From Abditibacterium sp. (GTDB lineage: Bacteria; Armatimonadota; Abditibacteriia; Abditibacteriales; Abditibacteriaceae): 64,000 nucleotides of DNA. The notes beneath the pieces were generated by a model that saw nothing but the letters and a program-made list of their open reading frames with translations, was not told the origin of the DNA and did no database searches. The stretch is from assembly GCA_965199495.1 (NCBI GenBank), contig CBDASK010000003.1:4448001-4512000 (forward strand), given 5' to 3'. The position numbers were made by a program, and so were the translations under genes. Positions 20,615-29,287 of this stretch are shown piece after piece (the stretch's first letter is position 1; the number at the start of each line of letters is the position of its first letter).

Positions 20615-23569
20615 ATGCCCCGAAAAATCAAATTTTCAACACTTTCCACCACTTTTGCTTTGCTCGGCAGTGCAGCCACGGCGGCGCCCAGTGCCCACGC
20701 CGCGCCACTAAACCCCGTTGTTATCGGCGGTGCGCGCTTTTCGGTGTTGACGCCCAATTGCATCCGTATGGAATACGATGCGGACGGCAAATTCATAGAT
20801 TTACCGTCGCTGTTCGCCGCCAACAGGGACGCGCGTTTCGATAATTTCAAATTGGAAAAAGAGGGCGCCAATACAGTCATTGATACCGGTGCGATTCGCC
20901 TGAAATACGCGCCCGATGGTCAAACGTTTTCGGCCAAAAATTTGTCGGCGACGATCAAAGATGGCACGAACTGGACGCCGGGCGCCAAAAACGTGGGCAA
21001 TCTGGGCGGCACGCTGCGCACGCTTGATGGCGTGAAAGGGCCGGTGCCGGTTCTGCCGGGCGTTTTGTCGCGCGACGGTTGGGCTTTAATTGACAACTCG
21101 CGCGACCCGCTTCTCACCAAAGATTGGGTCGAGGCGCGGCCTCAAGACGCAGGCAGCGATTGGTATTTGTTCGGCTACGGCCACGATTATCGGGCGGCCT
21201 TGAAGTCGCTGACGAGCGTGAGTGGCGAAGTGCCGTTGCCGCGCAAGAATTTGCTGGGCACCTGGTATTCGCGTTACTGGCCGATTTCGTCGGCGGAATA
21301 TCGCGAGTTCGCCAAAGAATACGAGCAGCACGATTTCCCGCTCGACAACATGGTTTTGGACATGGACTGGCACCGTCAAGGCTGGACGGGCTGGAGCTGG
21401 AACCGCGATTTGATTCCCGATCCGGAAAATCTGATTTCCGATTTGCACAAACAGGGCTTGCAGGTCACGCTCAACCTGCACCCCGCCGACGGCGTGGCTG
21501 CATCGGAAGACCAGTATCCTGCCTTTATGAAAACGTTGGGCGCACCCAACGATGGCAAAACAATTCCGTTTGATGCCGCCGACCAAAAACAAATGAACGC
21601 GCTGGAAACGCAGGTTTTAGATCCCTTGACCAAAGCGGGCGTGGATTTTTGGTGGGTGGACTGGCAGCAATATCCCAACACGCGCGGCATTCCCGAACTG
21701 ACGAATTTGTGGTGGATTAACGAACTTATGTCGCGCTACACGCAGGAAGGCGGACGGCGTGGCGTTTCGTTTTCGCGTTGGGCCGGTTGGGGCGATCAGC
21801 GCCATCCGATTCACTTTTCGGGCGATGCTTCGTCGGACTGGAGTTCGCTGGCGTTTCAGGTGCCGTTTACCGCAACTTCGGGCAACGTCGGTTGTTTTTT
21901 CTGGACGCACGATATCGGCGGACATAACGGCGGGCGCAACGAAGAATCTTATGCGCGTTGGTGTCAGTTCGGCGCGCTTTCGGCGTCATTGCGTTCGCAC
22001 TCGTCGCGCGACGCCGACACCGACCGGCGCCCGTGGAAATATCCCAAATGGGACGAAGATTCGATGCGCGACAGCTTCCACCTGCGCTCGGAACTGTTTC
22101 CCTATATTTATTCCAGCGCCGCGCAAAGCACGCGCGAATCGGTGCCGATGCTGCGCCCGATGTATTTCGATTACCCCGAAACCGAAGCCGCCTATCACAA
22201 TGGGCAAGAATATCTGTTCGGCGACGATTTGCTGGTCGCGCCCATCGCCTCGCCGGGCGTCGGGCCGAATCGCGTGGCGCATCAGGCGGTCTGGTTTCCC
22301 AACGGCAGCAATTGGTTTAACACGTTCACCGGCGAAAAATATCAGGGAGGAACGGACGCGTTATGCGCGGCGGACATCAACGAATTTCCGCTTTTTGCGC
22401 GCGGCGGCGTGCCGGTCGCGATGCAGCCGTATAGCGACCGTATGACGAGCGTCAAAATTTCGACGCTGCGTTTGCGCGCTTTTCCGGGCGCGAACGGGCA
22501 AAGCGGGCGCTCGGAGTTATACGAAGACGACGGCCAGACCAACGCTTACAAAACCGGTGCGTCCGCCCAAACGCCGTTGCGTTATACGCGTAACGGCAAC
22601 CGCATCGAAATCGCGGTCGGCGCGACGCAGGGCAAATTCGCCGGACAACTGCTGACGCGCGCCTATCAAATTGAATTGCCCGCGACGCAGCGCGCGACGG
22701 GCGCTACGCTCGACGGCAAAAGTTTGGCGGTGCGCTACGATGCAGCCACGGCGACCAACACGATTGCGGTTCCGGCGCGTTCGATTGGCGGCAACTTTTC
22801 GGTTTTCGTCATCGCCGCCGATGCCGACGCCACAGTTCTGCGCAACGTCGCGCAGGCGCGCCGCATGAAAGGCGTGACGGGCCGCGATTTCGCGCCGCAA
22901 AATCCGCACGACTTACTCCAAAACGCGCTGGCTGGCCAACTTTCGGGCGCGCAACGCGACGAGGCGTTGGCGGTTGTCGGCGTGGGAATTATCGCGAAAA
23001 ACCAATCGCCAATTTTCGCGCGCGGCGATGTGCGCGACGTGGTTTATGTGCCGTCGGGCGTGTTGGACGAAGCGCCCCACATCGAAACGGTTTCGCGTTC
23101 GAGCGCGACTTTTGAAGTCGGCGGCCAAAAGCTGATGTTGCCCGATCTGTTGGGCGGCGACATCGCGCCCAATGCGACCGTGACGGTTTCGGGCGTCGAA
23201 AACGGTTATGGATTTAAGGGCGCGACCGATAAAATTCCGGGCGGCTATCCCGACAATCGCGACAACGAATGGTCGAGCGGCCAAAAAGTGGGCGCCACGA
23301 TTCGCCTGACGTGGAAAACGCCGCAGAAGATTGATCGCGTCCAACTTTTCGACCGGCCCAACGAAAACGATAACGCGTTGAAATCGCAATTGACGTTCAG
23401 CGACGGCACAACAGTTGAAGTCGGCGCCCTACCCAACAACGGAAAAACGCCCGCCGAAGCGCGTTTTGCCGCCAAAACGGTGACGTGGGTCGAATGGAAA
23501 GCCCTCGAAGTCAGCGACAACACCGAAAACATCGGATTGGGCGAATTCGCCGTTTTTGGCGTGGGCTAA
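20615..23569 (+). CDS. GH31 glycosidase with DUF5110 and C-terminal F5/8-like domain
   Basis: FPLDNMVLDMDWH, DFWWVDWQ, FSGD, WTHDIGGH, LYEDDG; signal peptide. Confidence 0.9.
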   Translation: MPRKIKFSTLSTTFALLGSAATAAPSAHAAPLNPVVIGGARFSVLTPNCIRMEYDADGKFIDLPSLFAANRDARFDNFKLEKEGANTVIDTGAIRLKYAPDGQTFSAKNLSATIKDGTNWTPGAKNVGNLGGTLRTLDGVKGPVPVLPGVLSRDGWALIDNSRDPLLTKDWVEARPQDAGSDWYLFGYGHDYRAALKSLTSVSGEVPLPRKNLLGTWYSRYWPISSAEYREFAKEYEQHDFPLDNMVLDMDWHRQGWTGWSWNRDLIPDPENLISDLHKQGLQVTLNLHPADGVAASEDQYPAFMKTLGAPNDGKTIPFDAADQKQMNALETQVLDPLTKAGVDFWWVDWQQYPNTRGIPELTNLWWINELMSRYTQEGGRRGVSFSRWAGWGDQRHPIHFSGDASSDWSSLAFQVPFTATSGNVGCFFWTHDIGGHNGGRNEESYARWCQFGALSASLRSHSSRDADTDRRPWKYPKWDEDSMRDSFHLRSELFPYIYSSAAQSTRESVPMLRPMYFDYPETEAAYHNGQEYLFGDDLLVAPIASPGVGPNRVAHQAVWFPNGSNWFNTFTGEKYQGGTDALCAADINEFPLFARGGVPVAMQPYSDRMTSVKISTLRLRAFPGANGQSGRSELYEDDGQTNAYKTGASAQTPLRYTRNGNRIEIAVGATQGKFAGQLLTRAYQIELPATQRATGATLDGKSLAVRYDAATATNTIAVPARSIGGNFSVFVIAADADATVLRNVAQARRMKGVTGRDFAPQNPHDLLQNALAGQLSGAQRDEALAVVGVGIIAKNQSPIFARGDVRDVVYVPSGVLDEAPHIETVSRSSATFEVGGQKLMLPDLLGGDIAPNATVTVSGVENGYGFKGATDKIPGGYPDNRDNEWSSGQKVGATIRLTWKTPQKIDRVQLFDRPNENDNALKSQLTFSDGTTVEVGALPNNGKTPAEARFAAKTVTWVEWKALEVSDNTENIGLGEFAVFGVG

Positions 23570-23576
23570 CCGACTG

Positions 23577-23602
23577 GTAGGGGCTTGCCGCGCAAGCCCA
23601 AC
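23577..23602 (+). repeat. Single GTAG-type REP-like hairpin
   Basis: GTAGGGGCTTGCCGCGCAAGCCC right after the GH31 stop. Confidence 0.45.
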
Positions 23603-23913
23603 ATGAGAGCGGATTCCCGTTTTAGGCCGGCGAGTGACTGCATCATGTTCATTTGCTGGAACAGCATTTCAACGCCGACGGGTTTCACCTGACGCTCATG
23701 CGCACACCGGACGAAGTCCAGAATTTGGTCAACGCCTCCAATAATATGTTTGCTACTGTAGCCCTTCGCTTTGGGAAGGGCTACAGCACTCTCGTCGTTA
23801 GAAAATCACTGGGCAAACGCGCTCATGTTGAACTGATTCGTTGTTAGGGTCTGCTCTTTTTTGTTATCAGAAATTCCGCTCTTTTGACATCCAAACAATT
23901 GTTTCCAAAAGGA

Positions 23914-23962
23914 TGTTTGAAAGAAGCGCGATTTGGGTATAATAACTTAGAGATACCGGTAT
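23914..23962 (+). promoter_or_regulatory. Conserved promoter (23914-23943) and ATACCGGTAT operator (23953-23962)
   Basis: TGTTTGAA-N10-TTTGGGTATAAT followed by the palindrome near +1. Confidence 0.8.
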
Positions 23963-24010
23963 TGCTTCCGTAGCACATTTTTATTTTGCCGCATCTTTCA
24001 AGAAACTAAC

Positions 24011-24820
24011 ATGATCTCTTCCCTGAAATCCCCACTTTCCGCACCTAAAAATGCGAAATCCGCGTTCACGCTTATCGAGTTGCTCGTCGTGATCGCCATC
24101 ATCGCCATCCTCGCGGCGATTCTGTTCCCCGTTTTTGCCCGCGCCCGTGAAAACGCTCGTCGTTCGTCCTGTTCCAGCAATCTCAAACAGATCGGTTTGG
24201 GCGTTATGCAATATACACAGGATTACGACGAAAGGATGCCGTCAGGTCGAATCACAGATCAATCAAACTGGGAAGTTGTAATTCAACCCTACGTCAAGAG
24301 CTATCAGCTTTTCGTCTGTCCTTCAAATACTCGTAACACTGTTACAATGTCCAACGGCGGAGATTCTAATCCCGGTGGCCCTTCCAGAACCTTCGTTTCC
24401 TATGCAGCCCCCATTGAGATCTCGCCTAACGGCGCCGCATTTGGGAACATAGGTGCGGCTGGCCCCAGCTTGGCTGATTTTCAGAGCGTTTCACAAACTA
24501 TCATGGTTTGTGAAACCAACACAAGCGACACCGATTTCCGCTTGACTGGCGCTTCATGGGTGGGTCCAACGTCGCAGAACACTGGCAATAACCCAGCCAT
24601 ATTCTCTGGCCATCTCGGAACGACGAATCTGCTCTTTGCTGATGGTCACGTTAAATCAATGAAGCCTATGCAAACGATTCCCAGCGACCCCACTAACAAC
24701 TTTCAAGGTTCTGGTTCTTATAATATGTGGAGCAGACTTAGCGATAACTCGTATGGAGGCAACAAATGGGGGGATCGCGTAACAAATATGCTGAGCAATT
24801 CCACCCAAAAATATCAGTAG
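24011..24820 (+). CDS. Prepilin-type / DUF1559 / H-X9-DG protein #4
   Basis: [11 protein letters not shown]...[15 protein letters not shown]. Confidence 0.95.
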   Translation: MISSLKSPLSAPKNAKSAFTLIELLVVIAIIAILAAILFPVFARARENARRSSCSSNLKQIGLGVMQYTQDYDERMPSGRITDQSNWEVVIQPYVKSYQLFVCPSNTRNTVTMSNGGDSNPGGPSRTFVSYAAPIEISPNGAAFGNIGAAGPSLADFQSVSQTIMVCETNTSDTDFRLTGASWVGPTSQNTGNNPAIFSGHLGTTNLLFADGHVKSMKPMQTIPSDPTNNFQGSGSYNMWSRLSDNSYGGNKWGDRVTNMLSNSTQKYQ

Positions 24821-24832
24821 GAGTAGCAAATA

Positions 24833-24865
24833 AAAACGCCGCGAGCCAAAAGCTCGCGGCGTTTT
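24833..24865. terminator. Bidirectional terminator
   Basis: AAAACGCCGCGAGC-CAAAA-GCTCGCGGCGTTTT. Confidence 0.85.
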
Positions 24866-24882
24866 CGTTTGTCGGCCCTACT

Positions 24883-26547
24883 CTACTTTGCGCCGAATAC
24901 TTCGACTTCCGAAGTAAACGCGAACTGAACGTGATACCCGGATTCATTGGGATAATGATCGGGATATGTCAATCTCACGTAACGCGTGGGCGTCGCGTTG
25001 AACGAATAGAGATGGCGCTCTTCCGCATTTTGATTGAACACGTAACTGCCGACTTTGGTGAAGTTCTGGCCGTCGCGGCTCAGCGCGACTTCGACGGTTT
25101 TAGTCGAGCCGAATTTGGGCACGCCCAGCCAGACATATTTCACCGGCGTAACCGCGCCCAGATCAATCGTCGCGTTTTTGGGGAATTCGTCTTTTTCGCC
25201 CGACGCGAAAGTGTGCGGTTGTTCGCCGCTCCATGAGCCGTCGGTCAGTCCGCCCGTGCCGTAATCGTAGACGTTGGGGTCGGAAGCCGTGTAAGGTTTG
25301 CCCAGCGCCAGATTCGGCCCGGCGTCGGCGGGCAAACCGGTCGCACTCACTTCGATGGTCACGCCTTCGACGGGCGCGCTCAGACTGTCTATGGCTTGTT
25401 GATAATTATCGTCGGCGCGCTTCAGAGCAGCCACGGCGCCATCAATGGCTGGCCCCTGAACCGGCCCCAACTGCAAATTGCGCCACCAATTGAAGTTGTT
25501 GCCCTCTTTCCAATTGGTCACGTCCCACAATTTGTGCGCCTGTTCGGAATAGGTGCCGGGCACCAGAACGCCCGCGTTTAACTCTTTGTCGCTCCACATT
25601 CCCAAACTTTTACCATTGATTTTCACGTCATAAGTGCCCGGCTTCAAATCGCGCACGCGCAGGTTTTGTCCGGCGACCTTCAAGAATCCGACCGCGCGCG
25701 CGCCTTGCGCGCCGATTTCGCTCATCCATAAGGGCACACGCACTGGTTGTTGCGGCTTAATCTGGCTTTTATCGGCGCCCGTCAATTGCGCGGCGCTCAC
25801 ATCGGCCAAAGGCGGCATCGGCTCGGCGCCCATGCCAACGAGCATCGCGCCGCTCATCACGATGCCGCCGTTTTCGTCGGGATGAACGGCGTCGGGAATC
25901 ATCGAAGAACCGGGGTTCTGGGCTTTGACAGCGGCCCACGCGTCCAAAATCGGATGGAGAATATCAATGTAAGTCGCGCCATACTTACGCGCGATTGCTT
26001 TGTCGGCCTCGCCAAACGCTTCGAGCGTTTTGTTGTATTGCACGTCAATCAACTGGTTCTTCGCGACCCAACCCGGCTGGCGATCATAATCCACTGGCGA
26101 CGGCGAAAACACGATGACGCGAATTTTCTGGTCGGTCAACGCCTTGACGATTCCGTCCATTTTGGCCGTATAATTGGCGAGCATCGCGTCGTCGAGCTTG
26201 CTGTAACGCCCATCGTTCATGCCAAAACAAACCGTGACAACATCGGGTTTGAGCGGCATCACATCGCGGTTCAAGCGGCTTAATCCGTTGTCGGCTTTGT
26301 CGCCCGACCAACCCGCGTTGAAAAAGCGGATGTGGCGTTCGGGATAGCGCGCATAAACGTAATCCTGAAAAGGCCGCGTGTAGTTGTGAAATTCGGTGAT
26401 GCTGTCGCCATAAAAAACCACGCGGTCATTGGTTTTCAGGGGGAAATCGGCGCGCGCGATTTGCGGACAAAGCAGCAACGTGCCCGCGCCGGTGGCTGCT
26501 ATCAGCGTCAGAGGCAATTTCCAACGATTTTGGGGGGAAGTTTTCAT
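24883..26547 (-). CDS. Secreted SGNH/GDSL esterase with C-terminal F5/8 domain
   Basis: FYGDSIT, NAGWSG, FGMND, DAVHP; C-terminal GLTDG...IDLG...RYVR. Confidence 0.85.
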   Translation of the reverse strand: MKTSPQNRWKLPLTLIAATGAGTLLLCPQIARADFPLKTNDRVVFYGDSITEFHNYTRPFQDYVYARYPERHIRFFNAGWSGDKADNGLSRLNRDVMPLKPDVVTVCFGMNDGRYSKLDDAMLANYTAKMDGIVKALTDQKIRVIVFSPSPVDYDRQPGWVAKNQLIDVQYNKTLEAFGEADKAIARKYGATYIDILHPILDAWAAVKAQNPGSSMIPDAVHPDENGGIVMSGAMLVGMGAEPMPPLADVSAAQLTGADKSQIKPQQPVRVPLWMSEIGAQGARAVGFLKVAGQNLRVRDLKPGTYDVKINGKSLGMWSDKELNAGVLVPGTYSEQAHKLWDVTNWKEGNNFNWWRNLQLGPVQGPAIDGAVAALKRADDNYQQAIDSLSAPVEGVTIEVSATGLPADAGPNLALGKPYTASDPNVYDYGTGGLTDGSWSGEQPHTFASGEKDEFPKNATIDLGAVTPVKYVWLGVPKFGSTKTVEVALSRDGQNFTKVGSYVFNQNAEERHLYSFNATPTRYVRLTYPDHYPNESGYHVQFAFTSEVEVFGAK

Positions 26548-26670
26548 GATGGGAAATTTTTGAAGTGGCTCAAAGAGCAAAATAGGCGAAATTTATCTTG
26601 CCAAGCCGTTTGGGGAGCGCCCCTTTTGTTCCGGCAAGATGAATTTCTTCGCTTCTCATATAGACCTTGA

Positions 26671-26898
26671 ATACCGGTATTTTGTGGCGGAGAAGCGAAT
26701 GATCTGCTTGATTTGCCAGTCAGACGGCACGGGCTACTCTTTAGCAATAGAGCGTTAAATCAAAGGCAAGATTCTGTGAAAAAGCAAATAGTAGTCTATA
26801 TCAGCCCACAAACCACAGTGCCCACGTTTACTGATACCGGTATTTCTTTACATTGCCTCCAAATTTACTGTTTAAGAATCACCGAGTTTGGGTATAAT
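26671..26898. promoter_or_regulatory. Two ATACCGGTAT operators (26671-26680, 26834-26843) and conserved + strand promoter (26869-26898)
   Basis: TGTTTAAG-N10-TTTGGGTATAAT in a divergent intergenic region. Confidence 0.75.
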
Positions 26899-26973
26899 AA
26901 TTATCAGAGATAACGGCCTTAGCACTTTTGGAAGTAGCCACCGCCTCTCTTTCATTTTCAAAAACCCCCAATC

Positions 26974-27768
26974 ATGTCCCCCCTCCGTTCTCCAATCACC
27001 GCTCACAAAAGCGCAAAATCTGCGTTTACGTTGATCGAGTTGCTCGTCGTGATCGCGATCATCGCCATCTTGGCGGCAATTCTGTTCCCCGTGTTCGCCC
27101 GTGCGCGCGAAAACGCCCGCAAAATCTCGTGCATCAGCAATCTCAAGCAAATCGGCTTGGGCGTCATGCAATACACTCAGGATTATGACGAGCGCTACCC
27201 ACTGCGCTATTATGGGGGGGCACCCAATGATAATATAAAATTTGCCAACTCATGGCGTCGTCAAATTTTCCCCTACGTCAAAAGCACCCAGCTGTTCCAG
27301 TGCCCCTCCAACACCAGCAATAACTTACTCGCAGACGATAGCATTCCTGCTACTATGTCAGGTGCGAATTTACCTGCGGGTTCGCCACAGTTCTATCGTT
27401 CTTACGCGATTAATGGTGCCAACAGCTTTGGCGGAACCCCACCCTCGGAATACGACCATGCGGCATCGATGTCCCAGCTTGTGAGTAGTTCGGAAGTCAT
27501 CTTGGTTACCGAGATGACCCAAGCGATTGGTTTCACTGGAGATATTCCCGGTTCTATTGATAACTGGGGTAACCCTGATTATGTGTTCAAAGGTCACTTG
27601 AATTTTGTCAACTTCCTGTTCTGCGATGGTCACGCCAAATCGATGAAGGTCATGGCAACGGCAACTCCCAAGAATCTGTGGAGCGGTGAAGATGATGGCC
27701 CAATTCCCAATCCTTCTAATGGTTGGACTCGTATAGTCAACTGGCAAACATTGGTGGACAAGTCGTAA
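26974..27768 (+). CDS. Prepilin-type / DUF1559 / H-X9-DG protein #5
   Basis: [11 protein letters not shown]...[15 protein letters not shown]. Confidence 0.95.
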   Translation: MSPLRSPITAHKSAKSAFTLIELLVVIAIIAILAAILFPVFARARENARKISCISNLKQIGLGVMQYTQDYDERYPLRYYGGAPNDNIKFANSWRRQIFPYVKSTQLFQCPSNTSNNLLADDSIPATMSGANLPAGSPQFYRSYAINGANSFGGTPPSEYDHAASMSQLVSSSEVILVTEMTQAIGFTGDIPGSIDNWGNPDYVFKGHLNFVNFLFCDGHAKSMKVMATATPKNLWSGEDDGPIPNPSNGWTRIVNWQTLVDKS

Positions 27769-27787
27769 AAAGCCAGTCAACCGAATT

Positions 27788-27825
27788 AAAAACGCGTGCA
27801 TCTTTCCGATGCGCGCGTTTTTTTT
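27788..27825 (+). terminator. Intrinsic terminator
   Basis: AAAAACGCGTGCATC-TTTCC-GATGCGCGCG followed by a T run. Confidence 0.8.
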
Positions 27826-27840
27826 GAATGACAAATCGGA

Positions 27841-27885
27841 TGTTTCAAACGCGCGAGTTTTGGGTATAATCTAAAATACCGGTAT
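27841..27885 (+). promoter_or_regulatory. Conserved promoter (27841-27870) and ATACCGGTAT operator (27876-27885)
   Basis: TGTTTCAA-N10-TTTGGGTATAAT followed by the palindrome. Confidence 0.8.
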
Positions 27886-27974
27886 CTTTTTTATATAAAT
27901 TCTCTGGCGCCGCCGCTTTGGCGTTACGCGTCGCTGCATTTTCAGCGAAACTGGGAACAGTAAATTTCTCAACT

Positions 27975-29042
27975 ATGAACATTCGCAATCTTCTGATGGT
28001 CGCCTCGCTCGTTTTGAGCGTTTTGATCGGTTTGGTTGTCGCGCGCAGTGGCAAAACTGGCAACGCAGCTTCGGGCAATGGGCCGCTCCTCATCGGTTTT
28101 TCGATGGACACGCTCAAAGAAGCGCGTTGGCAGAACGACCGCGACGCTTTCGTCAAGCGCGCCGAAGAACTGGGCGCCAAAGTGGACGTGCAATCGGCCA
28201 ACAGCGATGACACCCAGCAGATGCGCGATGTCGAATCGCTGTTGACGGCGGGCGCCAAAGTTCTGGTGATCGCCGCGCACGACGGAACCGCGATGGCCAA
28301 AGCCGTCGGGCTGGCCGACAAAGCGGGCGTGCCCGTTATCGCTTATGATCGTCTGATCAACAAAAGCGACGTTGACCTTTATATGTCGTTCGATAACGAA
28401 CACGTCGGCGAATTGCAGGCCAAATATGTGGTGGATCATCTGCCCAGCGGTAAAGGCCGCATCGTGTGCATTTACGGTTCGCCCGCCGATAACAATGCCA
28501 AATTGTTCAAGGCCGGACAGGACAAAGTTCTGGCGCCTTACATTAAAAGCGGCGCGATTAAAATTGTGCGCGCCGACTGGGCCGAGGATTGGAAGCCCGA
28601 AAACGCCAAACGCATCACCGACGCGGCGATTACCAGCGGCAAGTTCGACGCGGTTTTGGCGTCCAACGACGGCACGGCGGGCGGCGCGATTCAGTCATTG
28701 TCCGAATCGGGTCTAGCGGGCAAAGTCATGGTGACCGGCCAAGATTCCGAACTCGCGGCTTGCCAGCGCATCGCGCGCGGCACACAGGCGATGACGATTT
28801 ATAAGCCGATCAAAAGTCTGGCCGCGCGCGCCGCCGAAAGCGCCGTTGACATGGCCAAAGGCCGCGCCATCGTCGCCAAAGATGTCACGCCCAACGGCCA
28901 GATTGACGTGCCCTCGATTTTGGAAGATGTTCAGGTCGTCACCAAAGCGAACATGGTGCAAACCGTCGTCAAAGCCGGTTTTCATACTTACGACGAAATT
29001 TATAGCGACGTGCCCGAAAACCAGCGCCCGCCGCGCCGGTAA
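27975..29042 (+). CDS. xylF: Monosaccharide ABC transporter substrate-binding protein (XylF-like)
   Basis: IGFSMDTLKEARWQNDRD, IAYDRLI, DNNAK, ASNDGTAGG, TGQD, MTIYKPI. Confidence 0.8.
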   Translation: MNIRNLLMVASLVLSVLIGLVVARSGKTGNAASGNGPLLIGFSMDTLKEARWQNDRDAFVKRAEELGAKVDVQSANSDDTQQMRDVESLLTAGAKVLVIAAHDGTAMAKAVGLADKAGVPVIAYDRLINKSDVDLYMSFDNEHVGELQAKYVVDHLPSGKGRIVCIYGSPADNNAKLFKAGQDKVLAPYIKSGAIKIVRADWAEDWKPENAKRITDAAITSGKFDAVLASNDGTAGGAIQSLSESGLAGKVMVTGQDSELAACQRIARGTQAMTIYKPIKSLAARAAESAVDMAKGRAIVAKDVTPNGQIDVPSILEDVQVVTKANMVQTVVKAGFHTYDEIYSDVPENQRPPRR

Positions 29043-29060
29043 TCGTAGCAGATTGCGAGT

Positions 29061-29263
29061 GAGTGATATGTTATTCTCTTGCGTTTTTCCCTCACCCTAA
29101 CCCTCTCCCGAAGGGAGAAGGAACTACTCGCCGGAAAGTAAAACTTGCACGAACTCACTTATAAAGTAAGTTCCAGAAACTACAAATTTCCGGAAAGTAG
29201 TTCCTTCTCCCTCCGGGAGAGGGTTAGGGTGAGGGAAAAACGCAAGAGAATGACATATCGCTC
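29061..29263. repeat. Inverted pair of CCCTCACCCTAACCCTCTCCC-type REP elements with about 77-bp arms
   Basis: 29061-29137 / 29187-29263 with about 5 mismatches, inside the xylF-xylG spacer. Confidence 0.9.
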
Positions 29264-29287
29264 TCCGTCCCAATCTAAATCGCAGCC

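Noticed and set aside
23603..23850. Short ORF 23653-23847 or gene remnant, with a CTGTAGCCCTTC...GAAGGGCTACAG hairpin
   Set aside because: No recognisable homology; the hairpin may simply be the GH31 terminator.
1790..27768. DUF1559 variation explained by a diversity-generating retroelement or shufflon
   Set aside because: No reverse transcriptase, template/variable repeat pair, recombinase or inversion sites seen in the window.
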